Shown here: positions 42,125 through 54,375 of the stretch, one piece after another
How positions within the stretch are numbered: position 1 is the first letter of the stretch
Layout of the letters: each line of letters starts with the position of its first letter
Assembly: GCA_020184695.1 (NCBI GenBank)
Contig: JAANOX010000224.1
Span: 62,001-126,000 of the forward strand
Direction: 5' to 3'
From: Histomonas meleagridis 2922-C6/04-290x
Taxonomy: Eukaryota; Protista; Parabasalia
Length of the DNA: 64,000 bases
Position numbers and translations under genes: made by a program
Notes under the pieces: generated by a model
Databases searched by the model: none
Seen by the model: only the letters and a program-made list of their open reading frames with translations
What the model was told of the DNA's origin: nothing

Positions 42125-43411
42125 ATGAGCGTCTTCAAAGTACATAATTACTTATTGGGACAAAAGATCGGAGCTGGAGCATTTTCATCTGTTAGATTAT
42201 GCTTCGGAGAGGGCAAATCCCCGATGGTTGCCAAAATTACCTCTAAGAAGATTAAGTCTTCAGAGCAAGGTAAAAGGATTTATTTCAATGAAAAAGTCAT
42301 TACTCCACTTTTGAAGCATCCAAACATTTTATCCATCAGAGAAGTAATAGAAGCTAAAGCTCAATCTTTCCAAATTTCTGAACTTTATGAAGAAGGAGAC
42401 TTACTTAACTACATCAAAACTCACAACCCATCACCACAAATCTGTCTTCACTTTGTTGATCAGATACTTGCAGCTGTTGAATATCTTCATGAAAACTATA
42501 TTTGCCATAGGGATATCAAATTAGAGAATGTTTTACTCACCAAGAAGCTTAACGTCAAACTTTGTGACCTTGGTTTAGCCTCGATTACTTTTGACGGAAA
42601 AGTTACACAAAAATGCGGCTCATATCAATATGTAGCACCAGAAGTCTTTGCCTCTGATGTTTACGATGGCATGAAAGCCGATATGTGGAGTTGTGGTGTC
42701 TTATTTTTCTGCATTTTCTCCAAAAAGTTTCCATATCGCGATCAAAATTACGATACTATTGACTTCAGGTTTGTTCCTGAATACATCCGTCCACTCATTT
42801 CAAGCTTACTTAGGCTCGATCCCACAAAGCGTCCTTCAGCTAAGGAATGCCGCAAAATGAAAATTTTTGATAGGCTACAAAACAGAGTACCACTGTTTAC
42901 TGTAAGCTATAACATCCTCTCTCCAATTGTTAATCCTAATCCATTCTTTGTTTCACGAATTTCCCAAATTACTGGACAACCAACTCGTCAAATCAAAGAA
43001 CTATTTTTAACAGACAAGCCCCTTGTTGAGAAACTTTTGTATCATTTCTTTACCATCCGAATGGAAAAGAAGATGAAAAAACATAACTCATTACCAATAT
43101 TCAATGTTATTCCAGAATTTCCATGTATCTATCAACGTCAATACAAAGCTGATAGTTGTTCAGTTATGAACGAAGTTAAGAAATTCCTTTTGCCTTTTAA
43201 TTGCTGTATATCTTCTCCAGTTACAATGAACAGATCTATTGTCTTAAACAAGTCGGACCAAGACTCATCTGCTTACTTCGAATGTTTGGATAACTCGGAT
43301 TTGAACCAATGCACATTATCTCTAAGTGCTCATGAAGACTGCGAATTGTTCTCAAAGAGCTTATTCTCATTTTTGGATACAAAATTTGATACCGAAAACG
43401 CAGAAAAATGA
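42125..43411 (+). CDS. CAMK-family (SNF1/MARK-like) Ser/Thr protein kinase
   Basis: GAGAFS, VAK, HRDIKLEN, DLG, CGSYQYVAPE, DMWSCGV. C-terminal UBA/KA1-like regions. Confidence 0.9.
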   Translation: MSVFKVHNYLLGQKIGAGAFSSVRLCFGEGKSPMVAKITSKKIKSSEQGKRIYFNEKVITPLLKHPNILSIREVIEAKAQSFQISELYEEGDLLNYIKTHNPSPQICLHFVDQILAAVEYLHENYICHRDIKLENVLLTKKLNVKLCDLGLASITFDGKVTQKCGSYQYVAPEVFASDVYDGMKADMWSCGVLFFCIFSKKFPYRDQNYDTIDFRFVPEYIRPLISSLLRLDPTKRPSAKECRKMKIFDRLQNRVPLFTVSYNILSPIVNPNPFFVSRISQITGQPTRQIKELFLTDKPLVEKLLYHFFTIRMEKKMKKHNSLPIFNVIPEFPCIYQRQYKADSCSVMNEVKKFLLPFNCCISSPVTMNRSIVLNKSDQDSSAYFECLDNSDLNQCTLSLSAHEDCELFSKSLFSFLDTKFDTENAEK

Positions 43412-44252
43412 GAAATATGCCGCAAAACACTTTGTATTTTTTGATTGTTAGATTAAAAATAAAAATTTATATTTTATCATTTTCCTCCATTTCATCGTCA
43501 CCTTTAAATCAATACCAAACGGCCACTTTTTCTATATAGTGCTCAGAAAATATTTTAGCTATAGCGAGTAAACCATTGTAAATTAAACGGAGATTTAAAC
43601 AGTTTTTTCGCCAGTGTTAAAATTATCTCGTAATTTTTGGCCATAAATGTTCATTATCATTTGCTTGTTTTTGATTTTTAAAAATCGAAATAAAATTTAT
43701 TTTATAAAATTTACACATTTTAGATGCTAATAGTTTGATTTAAATTTTACTTCAATCTTGAGTGAAGTTGCACAGCGTTGGCTCAGTTAAAATGCAAAAT
43801 ATATTTGATTTGCTATAAATATTTTCTTAATATATTATAGTTGAGGGCGCTCTTTATAAAGATTGTTATAAAGAAAACCGTGAAAACACCAATGTTGTTT
43901 TTGTTTATCATGATATCTGTTGTATAATAAAATTTTATTGCAACATGATTTTAAAACTTTGATTTGATTAATCAAGATAGTCGGCAACTCATAGAAAATT
44001 AAAGAATGTTTCCCATAGTGAATAGGTGCTTTTGATATTATCCCTTTAAACAACAAAGTAAACTTTTCCTGTATATAGGAAAGCAAAGCATTCATATTTC
44101 AAAACGATACAATTTCCTTTTTTGGTACAAATTATTGAATTTTTTTAGATCCCTTAAAACCTTTTACCTTAATATGAGAAGATTTTTTCAAAAATACTTA
44201 ATGATTTGTTTGGTTGCATTTTTATTAAAAGAAAAAATTATGAATGTGATAT

Positions 44253-44753
44253 TTATGTGCAACTTCCCTTCTTTGTGTTCAAAATGATTGATACGATGAA
44301 ACCGTAAAGGCCCAAAACTTCACCGAAAATCAATATCAGCATTGCGCCCATAATTAATTTTGGTTGTTCTGCAAGTGCTCTAACGGCAACGTTTCCTGCA
44401 ACACCAATACATATACCTGATGCCAAACCAGTGAACCCAACGCTAAGTCCACCAGCAAAGTTTGCATATCCATTAAATGATGGATATGGTACAGTCATTG
44501 AAGGTGCGATGATAACTGCTGTAACAAGACCATAAATACCTACAATACCTGCCATAATGATTGGTAATATGCATTTGAAAACCATTTCAGGGTGAACTGC
44601 GCATACAGTAAAAAGACCAATAGCTGATTTGTATGTACCAACAGCACTACCGATAGATGTTAACGAAAGTGCAAAAGCAACGCCTAGATATGAAAACATT
44701 GATGAAATTGGTGGGCAGTCAGCTGGATATGTTGGGGCTCCTTCTCCTCCCAT
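44253..44753 (-). CDS. VMA3: V-type ATPase proteolipid subunit c (166 aa)
   Basis: GSAVGTYKS, PIIMAGIVGIYGLV, GICIGVAG, LILIFGEVLGLYGFIV with the conserved Glu. First ATG at 44753. Confidence 0.95.
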   Translation of the reverse strand: MGGEGAPTYPADCPPISSMFSYLGVAFALSLTSIGSAVGTYKSAIGLFTVCAVHPEMVFKCILPIIMAGIVGIYGLVTAVIIAPSMTVPYPSFNGYANFAGGLSVGFTGLASGICIGVAGNVAVRALAEQPKLIMGAMLILIFGEVLGLYGFIVSIILNTKKGSCT

Positions 44754-45248
44754 TTGTTGATAAGAATTTGAGAGGTCTGTTTGAATCGAGAACCAAAATC
44801 GGTTTTGAAAAATTAACGGTTCCTCACTAACAATCAACTAAACCAAAACCAAAGCATAAATTCTTTTATCATTAGAATATTTCATATTTTACTAGTATCC
44901 TATAAGGTCAAATTCCAACGGATGCTGTAAATTCAAAATGTATCATGATTTTTAAATTGACACATAATATATTATTTTTGAATAAAGTAGGTTTTACAAA
45001 AAATTTCATCATATCCTCCATTAGGATTGTCCATAATATAACACCATAAGATTTTTCTGAATGCAACATTCTAAGCAAATACTCATTACTTATGAAAGAA
45101 TTTGCCTTTTGCTCCTTCGCAACACCCATTTTAAAAATTGATATTAAAGAGAAAAAAATATTTTGTATCAACTTAAACGGAAAAAAAATTGCGAAAAAGC
45201 CGAATTTTAATTTAAATTCCAAAACACAAAAAACAATTTACCAATTTC

Positions 45249-46406
45249 TCATTGGATGATTTCAAGCATATCATTTTTCAAGTGTAAAAACGACAATGCT
45301 TCTCCAACATTCACAACGAACAATGATAAACGGTCACCTCCGGGGTATCCCATAAATGCAACGATTTCTCTCCTTCTTTCATCGTACGCAGCGCCCATTG
45401 AATGCATTCTGGGTAGCATAAATAGTCCAAGTTCACTTATTGTTCCATCTGCAGTAGACACTGATTCGCCATCAGGTAGAACATGAAAAACAAACCAACG
45501 GAAATGTTTTAACCCAATTCCATATAAAAACATCGAATGCGAAGGCGCTTTCCCACCAATGAACATCAAGTAATTATCAAAATGGATAAGAGTTCCATCT
45601 GTAATTGTTGGAAATGGTTCTGGTCCTGTTGTTTGTTGGACAGAGACTGTCTTTGCTTCCATGTCAATGACAAGTAATCCTCCTGTTTTTGATGATCCAT
45701 ATCCATATATCAAATTGTCAATAATTTCGTAGGCAACGTTGGAACGGCCGCCTATCTCTTGTGGGATGATGTTCCATTGGTTAGTTGAAAGATCAAATAT
45801 GCATAATTCAGATGGCCATACGCCATTGAAACCACCCCAGAGAAAAAGTTGATTTTGATAAGACCCAAAAATGCCTGAACACCTTGGAGATGGTGTTACA
45901 CTATTTGATTGGATTTGTTGAGTTTGGCCAGTATTTAAATCTATTGCATAAAAGTCGTTATAAAATTGTGACATACAACAACCACCGAAAACAAAAAGAG
46001 TGTCGTTAATAAGAGAGGCGTGACAACCTGAACGTGGCGATATCATTTCACCAATAGTATTGAGTTGACACCATTGATGAGTATTAATGTCAAGAATCCA
46101 AATATCATTGAAATAGTTAGAGTTACCATCAATTCCAAAACCTGTAATAACCCAATTTCTTGTTTTATGTTGACAATAGAATTGGCCAGTTCGTGGTTGT
46201 GGTGTATTTATAGAGTTTGTCTGTTCAAGAGACCAAACGCCAGTAAAGGCCGTTTTTACAACATAAGTTTTTCGACTTCGGGAATTTTGAATTGGTAATT
46301 TTTTAATTCCGTTCGCTTTTTCATTGTCCATACGCATACCACTCATAGGTATAAACGCATCAGTGAATTTTTGGTCTGCACTTGAAGAACTTACATCATT
46401 CCCCAT
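45249..46406 (-). CDS. Kelch-repeat protein with N-terminal MG (possible myristoylation)
   Basis: PQPRTGQ, YFNDIWILD, SPRSGCHASLINDTLFVFGG, LFLWGG, LMFIGG. Confidence 0.85.
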   Translation of the reverse strand: MGNDVSSSSADQKFTDAFIPMSGMRMDNEKANGIKKLPIQNSRSRKTYVVKTAFTGVWSLEQTNSINTPQPRTGQFYCQHKTRNWVITGFGIDGNSNYFNDIWILDINTHQWCQLNTIGEMISPRSGCHASLINDTLFVFGGCCMSQFYNDFYAIDLNTGQTQQIQSNSVTPSPRCSGIFGSYQNQLFLWGGFNGVWPSELCIFDLSTNQWNIIPQEIGGRSNVAYEIIDNLIYGYGSSKTGGLLVIDMEAKTVSVQQTTGPEPFPTITDGTLIHFDNYLMFIGGKAPSHSMFLYGIGLKHFRWFVFHVLPDGESVSTADGTISELGLFMLPRMHSMGAAYDERRREIVAFMGYPGGDRLSLFVVNVGEALSFLHLKNDMLEIIQ

Positions 46407-47535
46407 CTGTGCAGAGCAGAGCCAAATTTTTAGCCTCGAATGTTAACGGTCATTGATGAACCTTTGAAACGTTTTCTTGTCGCTTTTGAATGAAATTCCG
46501 AATAACGTGTTTTTAACGTACAATTTTTCACAATTTTTGATTTTTCAGGAAAATTAAAAAGAAAAGGCTTAATATGAAATTTATGGCGATTTATATCAAT
46601 CCTATAAGATGGGGATAGTTTTGGTATTTAAACAGTATTTTATGATTGTTAATCTTATGTTAATTTTGTTACATTCTTATATCATCTTAATAAAATTTGA
46701 TAAATTCCATATATTTTACTATCCTTTGTTAGTTCTTTCAAATGATATTGTAAAATATAATAAATATGATATAAAATTTAAATATTTTCAACTAACTATA
46801 ATTTCTAAGCAGATGAAACAAAAAATTTGTCTGGTTGAATTTTTGCAATAGCATTAGATTCTATTCTTCTTTAATATATTTCTGATGAAGTCCCCAATCA
46901 TTCTTTGAAAGCTTCATATTTTTTTATAAAAAAAGTATACTTTTTCCATTTCCAAATGGATCATTACTATGATGAGCCACATTGATTTCTATTAGTTTCT
47001 TTGCTTCTTCTGTATTATAATGTGTGAAATATTTAGATTTAATATTTTTATCAATAAAATTTTGTTAAGTTCATTGATATATATCAAATAAAAGCAAAAA
47101 TTTTGAACTTGGCAGGCTGAAAAACAAAAATATCTCAAAATATAAACTGATGATATATAATGTTTTAAATAAATGTTGAAATTCTATAAATAAAAATTAA
47201 TTTTAAATTGAATTTTTTCCAGACAATTGATTTTTAGCTGATATAATATATTATATTTTTTAAATCTTGATTTATCTCCTACACAGAGGTGATTCAGCAT
47301 CAGTTCAAATAAAAGTTAAAAATTAATAGTTAATCTATTTTTAATTTTTTATTCAACAAAATTTTCATCATATTCATCAAATACATGTTCAAATAAAAAA
47401 AGTAAGAAACATAAGAATGTTCCTACATTTAAGTTTGGAGTTTATGATAAATCTGAAATTTAAGGAAAATAGCCTCTGTCAAGGAATAAAAACTTTTGAC
47501 AAATTTTGACGCTCTTTTATGGCAAAAATTTTTAA

Positions 47536-49167
47536 ATGTTTCTGAAACAACTAATAGACCAAGCAAATCAAGCAGCAATAAATTCTATCATTCGCCCTCA
47601 ACGCGCCAGGTATAAATTAAAAAACTTACCATATAAAATTGATATACAAGGATATCCGTTCCCAGTATTTCGCCAAAACATTACATTCAAAAATAGCCGC
47701 AAACAAAAACTTGTCGGATCATATTTTGCTCCTACTGGAGAAATTGAAAATCCTCCATGTGTAATTTATCTTCATGGAAATGCATCATGTCAAGTAGAAG
47801 GTTTCTTTCTTGTTCCAATCTTTATTCCTTTTGGTTGCTCTGTTCTATGTTTTGACTGTTCTGGTTCTGGTAATAGCGAAGGAGAATTAATTTCGCTTGG
47901 ATATCATGAAAGTGATGATGTATTATGCGCTATTAAATTCCTTAGAGAACGATATAAAGTTGGAAAGATCGCACTTTGGGGTCGATCAATGGGTGCAGCA
48001 ACATCATTAATTACAATTTCCAAAGATCACACAATTTCCTCAGCAGTCATTGACTCTCCATTTGCTTCCCTCCATGATCTTGCTGTTGATATTGGCAGTA
48101 CCATGCCATTTCCAAAATTTATGGTGAAAATATATGTGAATTATATGAGACGCAAAATTCAAACAGTCGCAGGATTTAACATTGATGATGTAGAGCCTAT
48201 CAAAGATTGTTCTACTTCAACAACACCACTTTTTATTATCCACGGTGCAAATGATACATTTATTCCATGTGAACATTCAAAGCGCATTTTCGATGCGTAT
48301 GGCGGTCCGAAGCATATCGAACTTGTACCGGGCAATCACAACTCCCAAAGGCCACAAGAAGTTATTGTAATGGCCGTTCAACATATTGCGAATGCATTTG
48401 GAATCGAAATTGATGTTGATGCAATTCCATCAATTGATGACGACAATGCATCATTCCACTTCGAAAATGCATTTGAAATGAACAAAAGCGAAGAAAGCGC
48501 TTTCGATACTGCGAATCATGAAAATAAGAAAGAAGAAGAAAATAATGATGAAATAAATAGTAACAATAAAGAAAATGAAGGAAATGTAATAAAGGAAAAC
48601 GAAAACAAAGAAAACACTCAAAAAAAAAATAATATTCAAAGTGATACAAATGAAAGCGACGAGAGCACTAATGTGAAAGAAGAAAATGTAAAAGATGAAA
48701 AAGAAAGTGAAGAAAATGCTCAAAAGGATGAAAACGAGAGCGAAGGAAATAACGAAAAAGAAAGTAAAGAAAGTACTGATGTGAAAGAGGAAAATGCAAA
48801 CGAAGAAAACGCTCAAAAAGTAAATAACACCCAAAATGGTGCAAATGAAAGCGACGAGAACACTAATGTAAAAGAGAAAAATGTAAAAGATGAAAAAGAA
48901 AGTGAAGAAAATGCTCAAAAGGAAGGAAATAACGAAAAAGAAAGTAAAGAAAGTACTGATGCAAATGAGGAAAATGCAAACGAAGAAAAAAATGTTGAGA
49001 ATGAAGAAAATGAAGAAAAAAATGTTGAGAATGAAGGAAATGAAGAAAAAAATGTTGAGAATGAAGAAAATGGTACTCATAATAATACAGATGAAAGCAA
49101 AGAAAATTCTATTATAAAAGAAGGAAATACAGCTGAACATGTTAATGGTGGAGAAAATGTTGTTTAA
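47536..49167 (+). CDS. Alpha/beta hydrolase (ABHD17/S9-like) with acidic repetitive tail
   Basis: YLHGNAS, GRSMG nucleophile, HGANDTFI (Asp), GNHNS (His). Confidence 0.85.
   Translation: MFLKQLIDQANQAAINSIIRPQRARYKLKNLPYKIDIQGYPFPVFRQNITFKNSRKQKLVGSYFAPTGEIENPPCVIYLHGNASCQVEGFFLVPIFIPFGCSVLCFDCSGSGNSEGELISLGYHESDDVLCAIKFLRERYKVGKIALWGRSMGAATSLITISKDHTISSAVIDSPFASLHDLAVDIGSTMPFPKFMVKIYVNYMRRKIQTVAGFNIDDVEPIKDCSTSTTPLFIIHGANDTFIPCEHSKRIFDAYGGPKHIELVPGNHNSQRPQEVIVMAVQHIANAFGIEIDVDAIPSIDDDNASFHFENAFEMNKSEESAFDTANHENKKEEENNDEINSNNKENEGNVIKENENKENTQKKNNIQSDTNESDESTNVKEENVKDEKESEENAQKDENESEGNNEKESKESTDVKEENANEENAQKVNNTQNGANESDENTNVKEKNVKDEKESEENAQKEGNNEKESKESTDANEENANEEKNVENEENEEKNVENEGNEEKNVENEENGTHNNTDESKENSIIKEGNTAEHVNGGENVV
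48649..49071 (+). repeat. Coding repeats: ~130-nt internal duplication (48649/48844) and 3 x 30-nt NEEKNVENEE (48979-49068)
   Basis: Direct inspection. Confidence 0.8.
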
Positions 49168-49866
49168 AATGATAATAAATATTTAAATGTAAATATGAAT
49201 TTTTATCTTAAAATAAGTTTTTGTTAAAACTGAATTCATGTTGAACGCACTCATTTCTTTTCTATATCTATAACGAATGGGAAAGGTAAAGGCATAGCGC
49301 CATGAATAGTTATCATAATAAAATCTAATGCTTTTAACAAGCATTGTATATAAACTCAATCAATTACAAGAATTCAATAATGGTATCAACTCTTCAAAAA
49401 TACTGAAAATATACATCTAATATATTAAACATTTTTTGGTATCTATTGAAGCAGATAATGTGAATTTGAAGATAAAGATTATGTTTTTAATTCTGGTAGT
49501 TTAATTTTTTATTTATTAGTAAAATTAGCCATATTTGATTATTTTTATTAAACAATTTTATATATCATTATTTGTAGTGCTATATATATATATATATGCA
49601 TGAATTTTTTGTTTTTACTTTAAATACTTTTTTTTAAGTTTATGTATGTGGCTTAATCATGTTAGTCCATACCAAAATTGGGAATTTAAAAAAAATTCAA
49701 ATATTTGAATTTTTATTTAAAGTTTAAACGGCATAAATAAATTTGTTATTCAACATAGCGATAGATGTACATACATTAAAAACTTAAAGTTTTATTCTCG
49801 TAAAAATGTTTGAAAGTTTATTTTTAGTTATTTTACCCATTTTCCATCGTCAAAGGGTAATTTCAT

Positions 49867-51177
49867 ATGCTGATCTTTGTTTTTACTAAATTAACATTAC
49901 TAAAAACAACAGCAGATTTAGTACCACCTTTCGAGACCACAGAAAATGGGGGTATAGGACTTTGGGAGTTTACAGGTTCAGCTGGTCTTGTTGATGATGT
50001 TATCTTACTTGTTCCCCCAGTTCAATATAGTGCGGGTTCAGCTTGGACTAACTCACAAATTCCAACTGGTGAATGGTCAGTAACATATAAGATAAAAATT
50101 TATGAAGGATCTGGCGGTGGCGGATTTGGAATTTGGTTTGTTGATAAATATGGAGCGTACGGTCAATTGCACGGAGGACCAGAAGTGTTTAAAGGATTTG
50201 GTCTTACCGGAACAATTATCACAAATGATAATCGATCACATTCTTTAAAATTAAGCTTTTTAGAAAATGATGGCACAACTTCTTATGACTACTCCACTCT
50301 TCCAGATCCTATTTTTTACAAATTCCATAGAGCAGATGATTTATCTTTTGAGTTTCGATTTAACTACAAAAATTTAGTTATAACATTAACAGAAGCAAAT
50401 AAACATACCAAACTTTTCCAGAAGGATATCACAGTACCATACCAAAACAACTATATGGGTATTTCTGCTAATTCAGATCAATTCACCACTAGAATTGATC
50501 TTTTATCCATTAAGTTCAAGTTAAATCTCTCTGACAAGCGCAAGAGTTCTGATAATGAAGATGAAAAAATGAATACACGTGATGCCACATTATCAAATAA
50601 GGATAAAACTGGTAAATATCAGCCCAAAGAAACCATTCTTTTACGTAATCCTGTTTTCTCTGCCACCACTGAGGCTCTTCAATCTCTTTCTCAACAAGGC
50701 GAACAATTTTCAAATGATATGATTGATGTTACAGTTCAAAAAGTCCTTAATATCATCTCCGAGATGACCTTTGCCTCCACTGATGTTGCTTCTTTTACCG
50801 AACTCAACGATTTTATCACACGCACATTATCTCCACATGCACAAAAGTGGCAAAAACGAACCATTCGAATGGTTGACCAAGTTAAACAAAGCCGCGACAT
50901 ATTTGAGACCGCTTTTGATAGCACAAAGGACATATTGGAGAATTGGAATGCGACAATTATATCGAATACTGAGAAAGCGACAAAGCATGTTTACGGCCTG
51001 GACGACCTTCTCAAGCGGGAGGCAGAAATGGAAATCGAGGAAACAGAAGAAGGACTAAAAGCTGCCGTTGAAGGCAGTGGACTTGTAAAGGCATTGATTG
51101 GAATCGCTTGCGCAGAGATAGTAATGATGGCGCTGCTCTTTGTCGCATTAAGAAGCGGGAAAGTGCACTTATTTTGA
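49867..51177 (+). CDS. L-type (legume-like) lectin, ERGIC-53/VIP36/Emp47 family, type I membrane protein
   Basis: Signal-like N-terminus, GGFGIWF, GPEVFKGFG, YMGISA...IDLLSI, coiled stalk, C-terminal TM and short KVHLF tail. Confidence 0.75.
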   Translation: MLIFVFTKLTLLKTTADLVPPFETTENGGIGLWEFTGSAGLVDDVILLVPPVQYSAGSAWTNSQIPTGEWSVTYKIKIYEGSGGGGFGIWFVDKYGAYGQLHGGPEVFKGFGLTGTIITNDNRSHSLKLSFLENDGTTSYDYSTLPDPIFYKFHRADDLSFEFRFNYKNLVITLTEANKHTKLFQKDITVPYQNNYMGISANSDQFTTRIDLLSIKFKLNLSDKRKSSDNEDEKMNTRDATLSNKDKTGKYQPKETILLRNPVFSATTEALQSLSQQGEQFSNDMIDVTVQKVLNIISEMTFASTDVASFTELNDFITRTLSPHAQKWQKRTIRMVDQVKQSRDIFETAFDSTKDILENWNATIISNTEKATKHVYGLDDLLKREAEMEIEETEEGLKAAVEGSGLVKALIGIACAEIVMMALLFVALRSGKVHLF

Positions 51178-52497
51178 GAGATGGACAAAATAAAAATGTA
51201 TTAACTTTTCTGTACACGTGAAATCTTTTATAGATTTGACGATTAATTCCATATTTATCGTTGTGTTCTAATGGGTTAAAATAATCTGTTTCAGGAGGAT
51301 CGCGTTTTAATGAGGCATGTTTCTTAAAAAATCTTTTATAGTATTGCAATATGGAATTATATTTATATGTCACATTTACAGGAGTAATGATATTGATCTT
51401 AAAGTAAAATTCATTAAAACAAGAGTGATGTTTAATTGGACATCAAATGAAAGAAAATCTAACATATATTGTTTATTACATAGCAAAATAATAGAATCAG
51501 TTGATCTTGAGACTACACCATCATTTAATTGATTTAATAATGGTCAGAGTACTCTGTTAAAGATGATGGTGATCAATGGCTGTAAATACCAATTTTGTTC
51601 ATTTTAAAGATGGAATGTCGAGTTTACTTTAATTACAATTTATTTGCTTTGCCTTATTAATAAATAACATGTTTGTTTATGTGTACAATGCTCACAATTG
51701 AAATGCAATAATTTTAACAATCAATGGCTAATGTTTGCTTCCGACTTTTTATATAATTTGAAGTTTTCAAGCATGACATAACATTGTTTATGATATACAA
51801 ATGATTGAATTTTAATGATGTTCATATACAAATAAAATTAAAAAGTATTTTAAACTAAAAAATATTTTATTTTTTATTATTACCAATATGGCACTGCCGC
51901 CTTCACCATAATATCAGAATTTTACGAGAGATTGCTTATGAATGCAATAACTTAATCTGCATATAAAGCATTTGGTCAACTAATGCAAGTTTGATGATAT
52001 ATCAGCTCAATTTCACTTTTCATAGAGTTATCACCTAACAATTTCTTATGAAAAGTAAAGAAAAGTGTCAAAAGATACACATTTAAAAAAAAGGCGGGTT
52101 TTTTTCATCCCAAGAAAAATCATTTTCTTTTTATTTTTAAACATGTTGGCTACCAAAAATCATCTATTTATTTGAACTTCTTTTGAATATGTTAAGTAAA
52201 TATTTATTTAATTGATCTTATATTAAGATATTTGATTTTTTTTCATCATTGTGGCATAAACGTATTTGATACATTGAATTTCTTTACACATGTTTTTGCC
52301 ATAACAACTTAATATTTTGATAATATATTAGAAATTTAAAATTTAAAACAACTGTTCATTTAATCTTTATGGATAAAATGATTTTTATTTGGAAATAATT
52401 GAAATAATTCATTTTTTATCTCAAAACATATTGTGATATTTTTCTGAAATAAATAAAGTATTCAATTTTTAATTCTCCGATTGTTTCTTCCAAAAAA

Positions 52498-54375
52498 ATG
52501 AGCAAAACAGATGCAAACGAAGAAGATTATCAGAGTTCCCCTCGATACTACCCAAAACAACAAGAAATGCAATATCTAATACCAGGGTTGAGGCGTTATT
52601 TTTCATTTCCAGAAAGATCACAACAAAGGTCACAAGTTGTAAAAGAAGTAAAATCTTATCTAGAACAAATTAGCCCACATTGGAGCCACAGATCTGTCAG
52701 ACTCTGGTTTAATAATAATAAAAACAATTATTTGAATATCCCTCTACAAATTCCAAATCAAGATAAAGCAAAATATATTATTGTCCAAAATCAAGATCCA
52801 TTAATAAATCAAACGCCAAATATTGGATATATTCCAGCACAACAAAATGCACTTCCAATTCGCATTTTCCAAAATCAAATTCCACAAGCAATTCCACAAA
52901 CAACTCCAAAACCAGAAAACCCACAGATGCGTAAAATAATTGATGCGGGCCCATCACCACAATATATTCGTCCACAACAATTTTCTCTTTTGTCACAGGA
53001 AAATGAACCACAAAAGATACAACAGTCATATCCTCCTATTTCATTTTCAAAAGACAAAAAGCGCCCTATAAAATCTCTCGAACAATGTCTTGTTCCGATT
53101 AAGAATTTAATGGATGAAATACGAAAAATTAGTCCTCAAGATCCAAAGTACAACCCGAGCATGTTGGATCTTGATCAACAATGTCAATATGTCCAAAAGA
53201 ATTATTCACCATTTCTTCCAGATAAGATTGATCCCACAGAAAAATATGTTTCTCTATCTCTATCACCTCATGGGTTACAGTCTTTATATAACTTTGGTAA
53301 TGGACCATCTAATTCTAATTTACATGAGGAAGGTAGCGAATTTCAATTACAGAAATTTCCTTCACAGTTTTCCTTGTTTTCTCTTCCTGACTTATCTTCC
53401 GTTGGACAGAACGAGCAGCCCCTTCAGAAGTCGTCCTCGTCCATCTGGAAGGCGCTATCTTTCACAGACCAACAGATTCAGCCGTTTATTGATTCTGTCA
53501 TAACCGCTGATTTAGCGGTTTATGTGACGTATTCGGGAAATCAGACATTAATTCTTTATTCAGACTATAAAGCCGAATATCCTAGATGGGAAAATATTGT
53601 GTTAACGAATCCTTCAAAGGTTGCACATATTCAAGTAACACCAAATAACTTATGGATTTTATCCACTTCAAGTAATTTGGAATGTGTAACACATATATCT
53701 TTTTCTAATAGCTCTAAGCAAACAACAATCTCTCTTGCATCTTCAAAAGGTGATTCTAACTTATCAATTTTTGGAAATGGAGTAATTTCATCTTTTGTAA
53801 ATGATCCAACCCTATACTGTATTGATGAAAGCCTCCAGCAGTCAAAGATACAAACAAGTTACCCCGGAATTACAAGTTTAATTGAAATGGATAATAAAAT
53901 TATTTGTGGAGTAACGCAAAGTTGTTCACCAAGAATGATAACAACTTTTGGCCAAGAAGAGTGTTCTTTTATTGGCCATTGTGGGGAAGTTATAAAACTG
54001 ATAACAATTTCATCAAATACATTTGCATCTCTTGGTTTGGATCAATCGATCCGGATATGGGATATACGAGATAAAAATCCAATAACCACCATTTTAACAC
54101 CCGATTTTTCTGTTCTTAGCATATCGGGCAATTCAGAATATATATTTTGTGGTCGTCAAGACCAAAAAATTGGTGTTGTTGACATACGTAAGCCTCCTGG
54201 GAAAGTTGTTCTCGGGATTGCGACAGATGATTATGAACCAACCGTTCATCGATATGACGATCAAACAAACAGATTTTATATGTTTGGTCGGCCATCACAA
54301 GAGAGAAGCATGCTTACACCAGATGTACAGGCTGCTTCAAGAGTTTTTCGTGTGTATCAGAATATACTTGAATAG
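52498..54375 (+). CDS. Homeodomain-like N-terminus + Q/P-rich linker + WD40 C-terminus
   Basis: HRSVRLWFNNNK (helix-3-like WFxN). GHCGEVIKL...SLGLDQSIRIWDIR WD repeat. Confidence 0.65.
   Translation: MSKTDANEEDYQSSPRYYPKQQEMQYLIPGLRRYFSFPERSQQRSQVVKEVKSYLEQISPHWSHRSVRLWFNNNKNNYLNIPLQIPNQDKAKYIIVQNQDPLINQTPNIGYIPAQQNALPIRIFQNQIPQAIPQTTPKPENPQMRKIIDAGPSPQYIRPQQFSLLSQENEPQKIQQSYPPISFSKDKKRPIKSLEQCLVPIKNLMDEIRKISPQDPKYNPSMLDLDQQCQYVQKNYSPFLPDKIDPTEKYVSLSLSPHGLQSLYNFGNGPSNSNLHEEGSEFQLQKFPSQFSLFSLPDLSSVGQNEQPLQKSSSSIWKALSFTDQQIQPFIDSVITADLAVYVTYSGNQTLILYSDYKAEYPRWENIVLTNPSKVAHIQVTPNNLWILSTSSNLECVTHISFSNSSKQTTISLASSKGDSNLSIFGNGVISSFVNDPTLYCIDESLQQSKIQTSYPGITSLIEMDNKIICGVTQSCSPRMITTFGQEECSFIGHCGEVIKLITISSNTFASLGLDQSIRIWDIRDKNPITTILTPDFSVLSISGNSEYIFCGRQDQKIGVVDIRKPPGKVVLGIATDDYEPTVHRYDDQTNRFYMFGRPSQERSMLTPDVQAASRVFRVYQNILE

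Noticed and set aside
48362-49140. Hydrophobic antisense ORFs (also 25593-25955, 51011-51373, 57280-57504, 32464-32742 as stand-alone genes)
   Set aside because: Antisense to low-complexity or GC-rich coding DNA, or chance read-through across a cassette block.
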